A stretch of 64,000 nt of DNA from positions 1 to 64,000 of the forward strand of contig JBDRBK010000055.1 in the NCBI GenBank assembly GCA_043822705.1. The letters run 5' to 3'. This DNA comes from Fidelibacterota bacterium (lineage in GTDB: Bacteria; Fidelibacterota; Marinisomatia; Marinisomatales; TCS56). Numbering within the stretch: position 1 is the first letter of the stretch; each line of letters opens with the position of its first letter. The notes under the pieces were generated by a model, which was not told the origin of the DNA, made no database searches, and saw only the letters and a list, made by a program, of their open reading frames with translations. Shown here one piece after another: positions 19,570 to 29,071 of this stretch. The position numbers were made by a program, and so were the translations under genes.

Positions 19570-21429
19570 TCAGGTGGTCTGCCGCGCCTGATTCAGAACC
19601 GCCCGCAACTGTTTTATGTTAAACGGTTTGCGGATCATCAATTCGACCTGCGACCCACGGGTCTTTTCCTGATAGACATGGTCGTCCAGGCCGCTGCTGA
19701 GAATAATATGCACGCCGGGATGCTGAACCCGGATGCGCTCGGTGAATTCATTATCGACCACCGTGGCAAGATTAACATCAGAAATTATTATTTCCGGCTG
19801 AATCCCCGGCAACTCGTCCAGTGCGGCCGCACCGCTGTCAAAACAATGGACCTCATGACCGTCCATTTCCAGAATATCCTTCATCAGGTTGCGGACGTTG
19901 TCGACTTCTTCGACGATCATGATCCGAGCCGGAGTAATCGCGGTTTCGGTTTTCTTTTCCGCCGGCGCATCGGCTAAAATCCTGGCTACCGGAAAGGATA
20001 ACTGAAAGAGCGCTCCTTCACCTGGTTCGCTCTCGACACTGATTTCACCTTCATGACGCTGGACGATATTCTTGGCAACACTCAGGCCCAGACCAATTCC
20101 ATTGGCGCCTTTGGTTGAGAAAAACGGGGCAAATATTTTCCGGTGCAACGCTGACGGTATGCCGACACCACTGTCTCTGACGCCGATCACGACCTGGTCC
20201 TCGATCAGCTCGGAGCGAATCCTGATCGAGCCCTTCTCGCGGATCGAATCGATGGCGTTATTAATCAGGTTGGTCAGCACTTCCCGTAGTTCGACTTCAT
20301 TCCCGCGGATGCGCGGCACCGGTCCCAGCTCGGTCAGCATGTCGATATGCACCTGCCGGCCCAGGGCCTGATTGCGCCAGCGCGGCCGCATCATGTCGAC
20401 TACGTCACGGATAATGCTGTTGATATCCACGGGTGCGAAATCGCCGGCACTGCGCGACCGGGTAAAGACCTGGATGCGTTTGACGACTTCGGCCCCGTCA
20501 TGGGCGATTTTTTCAATCGTCTGCAGGTCCTTCATCAGGTTTTCGGGCACATCCATGAACTGCAGCAACTGGGCGCGACCGAGAATACCGGTCAGCACAT
20601 TATTAAAATCATGGGCAACCCCACTGGCCATCTCGCCCATCGCCACCATTCGCTCCGACTGCAACAGTTTTTCATCGGTCCGTCGCTTCTCGCTGACATC
20701 GAAAATCATACCCACCAGGTTCAAAAACGCACCCCGCTCGTCGTGCAAAGCCCGACCGATTTCATGGACATATTTAACTTCCCCGGACTTGGTAGTGATC
20801 CGGTAATCGATCTCAAACGGCCGTCGCAGGTCGATGCCGGCCCGGACGCTGTCACACACCAGATCGCGGTCCGAGGCAATCACCAGATCCTCGAAACAGA
20901 CCGGGTCGGGTCCCATCAGTTCTTCGAAATTATAGCCGGTCAGTCTTTCCGTTTCCAGGCTCAGGAATTCCAGCGAACGGTTATGGTCGGGACCGCAGCG
21001 ATAGACCAGTGACGGCATGTTGCTGATCAGGACCTGCTGGCTGCGCTGGGCCGTCCGCAGTTCCAATTCCCGGCGTTTCCAGTCGGTAATTTCACTCACA
21101 ACACCGATCACCGTTTCCTGTTCCTGCCAGGTATCCCGCCGGCCACGAAATTCCAGCCAGACCTCCCGGTCGGCTTTCCCTGCAAAATTGACCGATCGGT
21201 ATTCCAAGTGATCGCTGACGGTCAGGTGCTCGCATTCCCACAACACCCGTTCCAGCACTTCCGACTGGTCCGGTACGGCCAGTTCCCGAAAAGCCGAGCC
21301 GGTCAGTTCCATCGCCGGTCGCCCGATCAGAATTGCAATTCCGGGACCGATCTGTTTGATGATCCCACCCTGTACGACAACCGTCGCTACCGGCAGTTTG
21401 TGATCTAATTCGTTCATAATTTTTTCCAT
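19570..21429 (-). CDS. Hybrid histidine kinase PAS-PAS-HisKA-HATPase-REC
   Basis: GEMASGVAHDFNNVL, NLINNAIDS, PFFSTK, GLGLSV, C-terminal receiver (IISDVNL, KPF). Confidence 0.9.
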   Translation of the reverse strand: MEKIMNELDHKLPVATVVVQGGIIKQIGPGIAILIGRPAMELTGSAFRELAVPDQSEVLERVLWECEHLTVSDHLEYRSVNFAGKADREVWLEFRGRRDTWQEQETVIGVVSEITDWKRRELELRTAQRSQQVLISNMPSLVYRCGPDHNRSLEFLSLETERLTGYNFEELMGPDPVCFEDLVIASDRDLVCDSVRAGIDLRRPFEIDYRITTKSGEVKYVHEIGRALHDERGAFLNLVGMIFDVSEKRRTDEKLLQSERMVAMGEMASGVAHDFNNVLTGILGRAQLLQFMDVPENLMKDLQTIEKIAHDGAEVVKRIQVFTRSRSAGDFAPVDINSIIRDVVDMMRPRWRNQALGRQVHIDMLTELGPVPRIRGNEVELREVLTNLINNAIDSIREKGSIRIRSELIEDQVVIGVRDSGVGIPSALHRKIFAPFFSTKGANGIGLGLSVAKNIVQRHEGEISVESEPGEGALFQLSFPVARILADAPAEKKTETAITPARIMIVEEVDNVRNLMKDILEMDGHEVHCFDSGAAALDELPGIQPEIIISDVNLATVVDNEFTERIRVQHPGVHIILSSGLDDHVYQEKTRGSQVELMIRKPFNIKQLRAVLNQARQTT

Positions 21430-21432
21430 ATC

Positions 21433-22833
21433 CTACGCAGTCTCCGCCGGCGAACCGGCTTGCCCGCCGTTCAGCCGGGCCAATAATTGGATAGATTTTT
21501 CGGTTTCACCGACCAGACCGTACAGACCGGCCAGCCGTTTGACCACCCCAGCGGCATCCGGAATACGCTCCAGCAGATCGGAATAAATCCGGATCGCCGC
21601 CCGGAAATCTTTCTTTTTCGTAAAGACCAGTCCCAGGAGTTCCGTCAGACCGATGTCGCCGGGAGCCAGTTCCAGCAGGCGCACCAGCCAACGTTCCATT
21701 GCCTTTAAATCATTTTTCTGGCGAGCGATTTCCAGCAACTCTTCCAGGACCGCACGATCGTCCGGCCGCGCCTGCCGGACCAGCTCGAAGCAGTCGCAGG
21801 CCTGGTCCAGGCGGCCGGCCAGCAGATATTCACTACCAAGGGTAAAACGAATCCGGACCGGATCGATCATGATGTCATTTGTCAGCCGTGGTCCATCAGC
21901 AGACTCACTGGTGCAATGGTGCAGCATGATCTCCAGGTTACTGATCGATTCGGCCCGGTCCCCGCTTTCGGCAGCCACCTTGTGCAGCAGAAAATAACCG
22001 GCGACCTGGGCAGGGAATAACTTAATTGACTCCCGGGCGCAGTCCCCGGCCGCCGCCCAGTTTCCCTGCCGTCGATAGATATCGCCCAGGGAATTCAGGA
22101 GCGTCGCCGTCAGCGCCGAATCCAGTTGACCAAGTTCGCGGGCGATACGGTAGTGCTCGGCCGCCCGATCAAGTTGTTCCAGCAATCCGTAATTCTGCGC
22201 CAGCGTGTAATGCGCATAGGCGTTGTGCGGTTCATCCCGGACCAGTCGTTCCAGCAGACGGCCGTTACGGCGGAATTTCCCGGCCATCTGTTCCTCGGAA
22301 AAGCCGTAGCCGAGGTGCTCAATGATTATTCCGGATTCCCGCTCCTCGCCCTGCCGGGCGGCTGCGCTGGGAGAAACCTGCTCATGAATCCGGCCGGAAA
22401 ACCGAATACCCCGGTGATTATTGAACAGACGATGGGCGGTGGACAGATATTCATAACCGCCGGAGCGCATGCGGTTGCGAATCCGGACGCGGTAGATTAC
22501 CGGCCGAGCTTCTGGACGCAGCAGCCTGGTTATTTCCCGCCGCGATGCGGCCGTCAGCCGCTCATCCGCATCCAACCAGAGCACCCATTCGCCCCGGGCC
22601 TGATCCAGTGAAAAATTACGGGCCCGGGCGAAGTCGTCAACCCAGTCGAAATTGAATACTTCCGCCCCATAGGAGCTGGCGATTGAAGTCGTATCATCGG
22701 TCGAACCGGTATCCACCACGACGATTTGATCGACAACGCCCTGCACGCTATCCATACACCCGGCCAGATGGTCGGACTCATTTTTCACGATCATGCACAA
22801 GCTGAGCCGTGGTCCGCTATTGGGCCTGCTCAT
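21433..22833 (-). CDS. GT2 glycosyltransferase with C-terminal TPRs (type seen in flagellin glycosylation loci)
   Basis: LSLCMIVKNE, VDTGSTDDT, DDFARARN, LDADE, GRIHEQ, HLGY, then TPR helices. Confidence 0.9.
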   Translation of the reverse strand: MSRPNSGPRLSLCMIVKNESDHLAGCMDSVQGVVDQIVVVDTGSTDDTTSIASSYGAEVFNFDWVDDFARARNFSLDQARGEWVLWLDADERLTAASRREITRLLRPEARPVIYRVRIRNRMRSGGYEYLSTAHRLFNNHRGIRFSGRIHEQVSPSAAARQGEERESGIIIEHLGYGFSEEQMAGKFRRNGRLLERLVRDEPHNAYAHYTLAQNYGLLEQLDRAAEHYRIARELGQLDSALTATLLNSLGDIYRRQGNWAAAGDCARESIKLFPAQVAGYFLLHKVAAESGDRAESISNLEIMLHHCTSESADGPRLTNDIMIDPVRIRFTLGSEYLLAGRLDQACDCFELVRQARPDDRAVLEELLEIARQKNDLKAMERWLVRLLELAPGDIGLTELLGLVFTKKKDFRAAIRIYSDLLERIPDAAGVVKRLAGLYGLVGETEKSIQLLARLNGGQAGSPAETA

Positions 22834-23984
22834 TGTCCGATCTGCTCGATCTTGCGCTTCATGACGCCTTCGATCAGGTTAAAAAAATCGGGTTGATGCA
22901 GATTCAGAAACTGAAACAACGAACGGCCGTCGAACTCATGCTGCTGGGTCAGCACCTGGATATTCAACAGCGTATTAATCAGGTCGTCTTCAGCGCCGGT
23001 CGTCCGGACCAGGTCCAGCAGATCGACCACCGGCTCGATGAAATTATTGTAGTGGGTGAGCGTCCCGCAGACCGGCTGAAACGCCAACTGTACGGCTTCT
23101 TCCAGCAGAGCGCGCGCCTCATCCAGCCGGCCGCTCTGTCGCAGCAGGTGGGCCAGTGGGCGGTTCAGGCGCACATCGGCCGGCAGGTTCTGCTGCAGGT
23201 GCACCAGCGATTCAACCATCTGCGGTGTGTACTGGCCCTGCTTGATCAGCGAATCGGCATAGTATCCGAACAGACCGGCGGCGGCCGGCTCGGCAATGAC
23301 CTGCTCCGGTGGACAGGTGGTCATGCGGCGGATTCCATCCAGCACGGCATTCTGAAAATGGTCCGCCTGGCCAAGCTCCCGGTGATAAAATGCCTTATGA
23401 TAAAGATAATTGATATTTTCCGGTACCTGCCGGAGCCGTTCATCAATGACGGACAAGCGCTCAGTAACCCGCCGCAGATAGGAATCGATATTATTGCGGT
23501 AGATGCCCACACCCGCCAGAAACGAATGCCGGTCCGGCCGGAATTCATCCAGGACCGGATCATATTCCGGCAAATCCGATCGGTGAAACAGGGTCGGCCG
23601 GTAAAAAAAATCTTCCGGATTGTCGATCCGGTACTCCGCCGCCAGATAAGTTGTTGCCGGCCCGGTCGACAAACGCTGCCGCAATTTATCCTGGTCATCG
23701 ACCGTCAACCATTGATCCGGCTGCAGATACAGCAACCAATCGAAACGGGCGGCGGTGACGGCAGTCTGGCAGGCCATCGCTTTTCCGGTGGCGCCGGTCA
23801 GTTCGATGACAGTGGCATCAAATTCGCGCGCCACCCGGACGGTTCCATCGGACGAACCGCAGTCAACCAGCAGAATCTCCACCGCCACATCGGTCAGAGA
23901 ACTGAGGCACAGCGGCACCGTGGCCACGTCGTCCCGGGTGATCACGCAGACAGTAAGTTCGATCGGCTGGGTTAATTCATTCAT
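22830..23984 (-). CDS. Degenerate GT2-like protein with helical/TPR C-terminus
   Basis: LTVCVITRDD, VDCGSSDGT; DxD position reads LQPDQ. Confidence 0.7.
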   Translation of the reverse strand: MNELTQPIELTVCVITRDDVATVPLCLSSLTDVAVEILLVDCGSSDGTVRVAREFDATVIELTGATGKAMACQTAVTAARFDWLLYLQPDQWLTVDDQDKLRQRLSTGPATTYLAAEYRIDNPEDFFYRPTLFHRSDLPEYDPVLDEFRPDRHSFLAGVGIYRNNIDSYLRRVTERLSVIDERLRQVPENINYLYHKAFYHRELGQADHFQNAVLDGIRRMTTCPPEQVIAEPAAAGLFGYYADSLIKQGQYTPQMVESLVHLQQNLPADVRLNRPLAHLLRQSGRLDEARALLEEAVQLAFQPVCGTLTHYNNFIEPVVDLLDLVRTTGAEDDLINTLLNIQVLTQQHEFDGRSLFQFLNLHQPDFFNLIEGVMKRKIEQIGQ

Positions 23985-24013
23985 AATGGTTCACGGGGCG
24001 CCTGGGCGGTGCC

Positions 24014-24994
24014 CTATTTCAGTTTCGCCTCTAACGCTTCGTAGTAATCGGCGCGACCGGTCTGTTCCTCAATTTTCTTGATTACCTCGATATTCACGTC
24101 ATAAAATTTATGGCCGTCCTCATCCCGGCGCGGTTTGATAATCCCCCGGCGTACCAGGGCATCAAATTCCGGCTGAACCTCCTCGAAGAGCTTGCCAAGA
24201 TCAGTTTTACAGCGGCTCTTGAAATTATATTCCTCAAGATCGGGTGCACCGGCCTGTTCCTTGACCAGTTTATTGAGCAAATCCAATAACTCCTGCTCCC
24301 GCTGGGTGTAGCCCAGACTGTCGGATTCACTGCCGAATCCCAATTTTTCCAAAGACTTATTTTTGCAGTAATTTGTAAAGGCTTCAAATTCACCGGGATC
24401 CTCGATGATGAATTTGCGTCCGCCATAATTTATCTCGCTGCGGGCCAACGGCGTAAGCGTCAGTTTATTCAGTACTTTTTCGACGTACTCATGAGGAATA
24501 TTCAGCACCGTCGAAACTTCCTCCACGGTCTCTTTCCAGAGCAGGGCATTCATGCCGTGAACATTTTCACCGTTCTGCCGATTCAGGATCGCCAGCATGA
24601 TCATGATTTGGCGTCCGGTATCCTTGGTCACCGCCGACCCGATCTGCTTGTCCGATTCGCGCAGGCGATCGACCAGAATATGATAAAATGATTGCATCCA
24701 GGAGGGGAGATCATCCATGCGTTTCTGGAACATCATCTGGCTGATTTCGACACAGACGGTCTTGGTACGGGCAATTACCGAAGCCGAACGCGGCCGGCTG
24801 TCGATCAGGGCCATTTCACCGAAAATAGCGCCTTCGGTCAGAGTGGCGATTACCACCTGTTTATTACCGGAACGGACGGCCACGTCGACCATGCCGTTGC
24901 GAATAATGAACATGGATTTCCCGGGATCGTCTTCATGGAAGATCGTGTCGCCGGCATTGAATGTCCGCATACTGTGATTTTCAATGAAATTCAT
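24014..24994 (-). CDS. Cyclic-nucleotide-binding domain protein (Crp-like N-terminus, extended C-terminus)
   Basis: IFHEDDPG..MFII..G.V, FGEMALIDSRPRSASV. Confidence 0.85.
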   Translation of the reverse strand: MNFIENHSMRTFNAGDTIFHEDDPGKSMFIIRNGMVDVAVRSGNKQVVIATLTEGAIFGEMALIDSRPRSASVIARTKTVCVEISQMMFQKRMDDLPSWMQSFYHILVDRLRESDKQIGSAVTKDTGRQIMIMLAILNRQNGENVHGMNALLWKETVEEVSTVLNIPHEYVEKVLNKLTLTPLARSEINYGGRKFIIEDPGEFEAFTNYCKNKSLEKLGFGSESDSLGYTQREQELLDLLNKLVKEQAGAPDLEEYNFKSRCKTDLGKLFEEVQPEFDALVRRGIIKPRRDEDGHKFYDVNIEVIKKIEEQTGRADYYEALEAKLK

Positions 24995-25037
24995 GTCTCA
25001 GTCCTTCTTTTTAAACAATCTTGCGTTGGCAGGTGGC

Positions 25038-27983
25038 TCATCGTCCGGTACCCCGCAGCATCTGCCGCGCAAAAGCGTTCTCCGGCTCGAGCCGCAACAG
25101 CCGTTCGCAGCATAAAAGTGCTTCCGTGGCGCGCCCGGCCGCCTGTAGTAATTCCGCCAGCCGATTCAGCAGATCGACCCGGTCCGGTTCATCAGCCAGG
25201 ACGGCCTGATACAGTACGATCGCCTTTTCCGATCGGTCGGTCGCGACCAGTGCTTCGGCCAGATTGATCCGGGCAACGGCATTGTCCGGCTCCAGTTTGA
25301 CTGCTTTCACCAGAGTCGCCAGGGCGGCTGAATATTCACCCGCCTGCAACTGCAATGCACCCAGACTGTTATGCGCACCGGCAAATTCCGGCATCAGTTC
25401 GAGCACCCGGCCGAAAGCGGTCCGCGCGCCGGACAGGTTGCCCAGGAACTGATCCGCCAGACCGCGCCCGTACAAAGCCCGAACATCAATGGGATTGGTC
25501 ACCAGGATATCGCCATAGGCGCTCCGGGCCTGGTTATAATCGGCGGCCTCCAGGGCAGCCTGACCTTTGACCGCCAGATAATCGTTGAGCCGGACCAAGG
25601 TCTGATCCCGTTCCAGCAGATGATCGAGATCGATGTGCGGCCATTTCAGCCGGAAGAGCTGACGATTGTGGTCGATAGCAGCAGCATAGTCAATACTGTT
25701 GGCGGTGAACGAGGCGCTGCCGAAGTGATGAATGAACACATCCTCGGCCACCATTATTTTATAGCCGGCCGCTGTCGCCCGCAGACAATAATCGTCATCT
25801 TCATAATTACCGCTGCCGAAACGCTCATCCAGGCCGCCGATATGATCATAAAGCGAGCGCCTGATCAGCAAGGCAAAGCCGGCGATTCGGCGACGGGGAG
25901 TGTAGCGCCCGCGCTGCGCTTGGGCGATCCGCCGGGAATATTCGAACGAATCAGCAGGATCGGTATAGGGCACATCAGCCACCATCTGTAATCCTGATAT
26001 CCGGTTAGTCAGGGGACCGACCAGTCCGATCGACTGATCCAGCCGGGCACAGTTGACCAGCCGTTCCAGCCAGCCCTCCGGCACTAGCACATCATTATTC
26101 AACAGCACCAGGTAATCGCCCCGGGCGGCGGCCATTCCCTGGTTATTGCCGGCGGCAAAACCGTGGTTTCCAGCATTGGCTATCAATTGGAAATTCCGCT
26201 GCCCGGCCACCAGATCCGCGAGGTATTCCCGGGTACCATCGCTGGAGCCATTGTCGACAAAAATAATTTCGTAGGGATAGCGGGTATTGGTCCGGATTGA
26301 CTCGACACATTTCCGGGTATAATCGATCCCGTTCCAGGTCAAAATTATGATCGAAGCAAGCGGTGGTTTCTGCTGCGATCCTGTCGCTTCCACCTGCAGG
26401 GCAGCGGTTTCACGATGGTAATGGATTTCAATTTCACCATACATTTTCCGTTCCAGCACATATTCTGTGGCGACGAATTCACGGAACCGCTGATTGTCAT
26501 CGCTGCGGGCCGCAATCACGATATAACGCGGCGGGCGGGCTTGCAGTTGTCCGACAATGAACTGTTCCGCGGCGCGGGGATCGGTGGTAAATGAAACCTG
26601 CAACCGCGGACAGAACAGGTCCCAAGTCGGTGACGGCCGCCCAGCCCAGAGATATATTTCGTATTCACTGCCCCACTGGTAGATTTCATCTTCCGGTTCG
26701 GTGACAGATGCCAGATAGCGACCCACGCCTTCGCCGGCCAGGTAAAAGGTGCGTTCCTCGGGACTATTGGCATAGACTTGGCCACGCTGCTCCAATTCCC
26801 GCGCCAGGACGGCCTTGAGCGGTCGCCAGTAGATTCCGGCCAGAGCGGCCAGGAGCAGCACCGACAGCAGAATGACGCCGGCCGTTCCCAGATTGACAGA
26901 TACCAGATTAAAAATGGCGGCAAGTCCGGCGCCGGACAGGATCGCCAGCGGCAGGGCCAGGGGGATGAAATGATAGGGCATCAGATGGCGGTTCAGTAAA
27001 ACCGTAGCGACGGCGGCCAGCAGCCAGAACCAGATTGCCGGCGAACCCGATCCAGTACCTGTGACACCGATCCAGGAAAGAACCGGACCAAGCAGCGCCG
27101 CCAAAATGAACCAACCGGTCTGGTTGAAAAGACGCCGGTATAAATTGCCGGTCCAGATTTTCTGGGCCTGGTCGGACTCGGCCTTGAATGTAACGGCATC
27201 TTCACTATCTTTGACAGTCGCCGCTGGTGCTGTCGGGGCCGCCTGCACCCGCCGGGTGAAATGAATATTGTTCAAATGCTGGGTCAATGCCGCCCGGGAA
27301 AAACCGAAAGTATTAACGTAATAGGTATCGGGAATACCCTGCCGGCGGTAGAACAGGTAGGTGGCCAGAAAACCGGCAGTCAGGCCCAGGGCAATCCAGG
27401 CGGCACCGAACCAGAATTCCACGCTGCTGAAATAAAGCGACAAAAACACCACCGGCACGGTATTGATGTAAGCTGATTGTTTGAACAGAATCGCCAGAAA
27501 AGACACGAGACCGACCAGGACCAACAACCAGGCCCCAAAGGATCCGGCATTCAACAACAGCAGTAGCGCCAAACCGCTGAAAAATACCTGCTGGATTTCA
27601 TCATTGGACTGAATCCAGACGAAAACCGGTAACGATATCAGCACCGTGAACAACAGCGCTGCTGTAGCGCCGGCGACCGGTCCGTAGCTAAAATAAGCGA
27701 TATAAAATGCCACAATGCCAGTAAATGTGGCGAATACCAGGTTGGAATAGCGGAACAGGGCACGGGAAACCGGGAATAATTTCAACAGGGCGGCATACAA
27801 CAGCCAGCGCCCGGGGGGATGATTCTCATTGGTGTCCCGGTAGGGTGTCTTCCTTCCCTGCAACCAGAACAGGGCATGATAACCATAAATACCGTAATCA
27901 CGATCGAGAGGTGCGGATAAAAAGGGTAATTTGACCAAAATGCCCAGCAGCACGATCAGTGCCAGACTGATAGCGGTAATCAC
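25038..27983 (-). CDS. Fusion of multi-TM GT-C (ArnT/PMT-like) domain, GT2 domain and TPRs
   Basis: GTG start overlaps the upstream TGA (GTGA); LDRDYGIY...PYRD..ENHPP and many TM helices; then SIIILTWN, VDNGSSDG, LLNND, YEDDDYC; terminal TPRs. Confidence 0.8.
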   Translation of the reverse strand: MITAISLALIVLLGILVKLPFLSAPLDRDYGIYGYHALFWLQGRKTPYRDTNENHPPGRWLLYAALLKLFPVSRALFRYSNLVFATFTGIVAFYIAYFSYGPVAGATAALLFTVLISLPVFVWIQSNDEIQQVFFSGLALLLLLNAGSFGAWLLVLVGLVSFLAILFKQSAYINTVPVVFLSLYFSSVEFWFGAAWIALGLTAGFLATYLFYRRQGIPDTYYVNTFGFSRAALTQHLNNIHFTRRVQAAPTAPAATVKDSEDAVTFKAESDQAQKIWTGNLYRRLFNQTGWFILAALLGPVLSWIGVTGTGSGSPAIWFWLLAAVATVLLNRHLMPYHFIPLALPLAILSGAGLAAIFNLVSVNLGTAGVILLSVLLLAALAGIYWRPLKAVLARELEQRGQVYANSPEERTFYLAGEGVGRYLASVTEPEDEIYQWGSEYEIYLWAGRPSPTWDLFCPRLQVSFTTDPRAAEQFIVGQLQARPPRYIVIAARSDDNQRFREFVATEYVLERKMYGEIEIHYHRETAALQVEATGSQQKPPLASIIILTWNGIDYTRKCVESIRTNTRYPYEIIFVDNGSSDGTREYLADLVAGQRNFQLIANAGNHGFAAGNNQGMAAARGDYLVLLNNDVLVPEGWLERLVNCARLDQSIGLVGPLTNRISGLQMVADVPYTDPADSFEYSRRIAQAQRGRYTPRRRIAGFALLIRRSLYDHIGGLDERFGSGNYEDDDYCLRATAAGYKIMVAEDVFIHHFGSASFTANSIDYAAAIDHNRQLFRLKWPHIDLDHLLERDQTLVRLNDYLAVKGQAALEAADYNQARSAYGDILVTNPIDVRALYGRGLADQFLGNLSGARTAFGRVLELMPEFAGAHNSLGALQLQAGEYSAALATLVKAVKLEPDNAVARINLAEALVATDRSEKAIVLYQAVLADEPDRVDLLNRLAELLQAAGRATEALLCCERLLRLEPENAFARQMLRGTGR

Positions 27984-29068
27984 AATCGCCCCAGCAAGTT
28001 GCCGATGCCCTTGACCGGGTTCAGCCAGTTGATCGACCGCAATGCCAGCCGTAGCCGGCGGAATATCCAATTGAAAGGTGGCCGGATTCCTGTAAGGAGG
28101 ATGATGATTCCAAGTAACAGATACAGCAATCCGGCCATTTTTAACAACACGGACAACAACCAGTTGACCGGCGCCAGCCATTTTGACATCAGTTTCCGTG
28201 ATTTGTCGATCGTGGCATTCTGACGTTGCCAGAGATCGCCCCAGGCGGATAACGCCTGGCGGAAATGCGCTAATCGCAGCCATTTTCTGACATAAACTCG
28301 GGGAAATAAATTTTTATGCTGGCCGGTCATCAACACTTCAGCCCGGTTGATAATCGCCAGGGACTGCTCCCAATCGGCATAGACATTGGCCGAGTAACCA
28401 GCGCCCGTCCGGCGCCAGTCTGCCAACGCCTCCGGAATGAAGCAGGCGCCAGCGCGCAAGGCCATGGCCTGGTACGCAAAACCGTCGGCAAACGGACCAA
28501 GTTCAGTGTGAAATCCGCCGACGGCCGCCCAGGTCGAGCGCCGGTAGATCAGCGCATTGCCCATGAAACAGGGACCGTAATCCAGTAATTTTTCCACCAC
28601 CATACCGGGTGTGAAATAACATTGTTTCTGATTTACCACCGGTGACAAATAATTACCGATTATCCGGCCGTCCGCGGTAATCATTCCGGCCAGCCCGGAA
28701 CAGAGTCCGGCACTGGGAAATTTTTCCAGCAGTACCATGGATTTACGGAAAAAGCCCGGCCGAATCCGGTCATCGGCGGCGGCGAAATACAGGTAATCGC
28801 CCGAGGCCCGGTCCAGTAATTTTTGGATCGCCGCCAGACCGCCGGTATTTTCTTCATTGCGCAGGAAGATAATCCGGGGATAATCCCGGATAAATTCCCC
28901 GATTATCGCAACGCTGTCATCGGTGGAACCGTCATCGATCACCAGCAATTCGAAATCGTCGTAATCCTGACTGACTATCGCCGCCAGGCTTTCACGCAGG
29001 TAACGGCCGTGATTATAATTAGCCAGCATGACCGACAAACGGGGTTTCGATGAATCGGCGTTCGGCAT
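27980..29068 (-). CDS. GT2 family glycosyltransferase
   Basis: LSVMLANYNH, IDDGSTDDS, AADD; hydrophobic C-terminus. Confidence 0.9.
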   Translation of the reverse strand: MPNADSSKPRLSVMLANYNHGRYLRESLAAIVSQDYDDFELLVIDDGSTDDSVAIIGEFIRDYPRIIFLRNEENTGGLAAIQKLLDRASGDYLYFAAADDRIRPGFFRKSMVLLEKFPSAGLCSGLAGMITADGRIIGNYLSPVVNQKQCYFTPGMVVEKLLDYGPCFMGNALIYRRSTWAAVGGFHTELGPFADGFAYQAMALRAGACFIPEALADWRRTGAGYSANVYADWEQSLAIINRAEVLMTGQHKNLFPRVYVRKWLRLAHFRQALSAWGDLWQRQNATIDKSRKLMSKWLAPVNWLLSVLLKMAGLLYLLLGIIILLTGIRPPFNWIFRRLRLALRSINWLNPVKGIGNLLGRL

Positions 29069-29071
29069 CGG

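Noticed and set aside
22809..23975. 388-aa plus-strand ORF
   Set aside because: Antisense shadow of the GT2-like gene with no recognisable motifs; the same applies to 16162-16971, 35247-35990, 30998-31849 and 61971-62834
27984..28283. N-terminal 100-codon extension of the 1081-aa ORF
   Set aside because: Overlaps the upstream GT2 gene on the same strand; a GTGA coupled start at 27983 directly precedes the first TM helix
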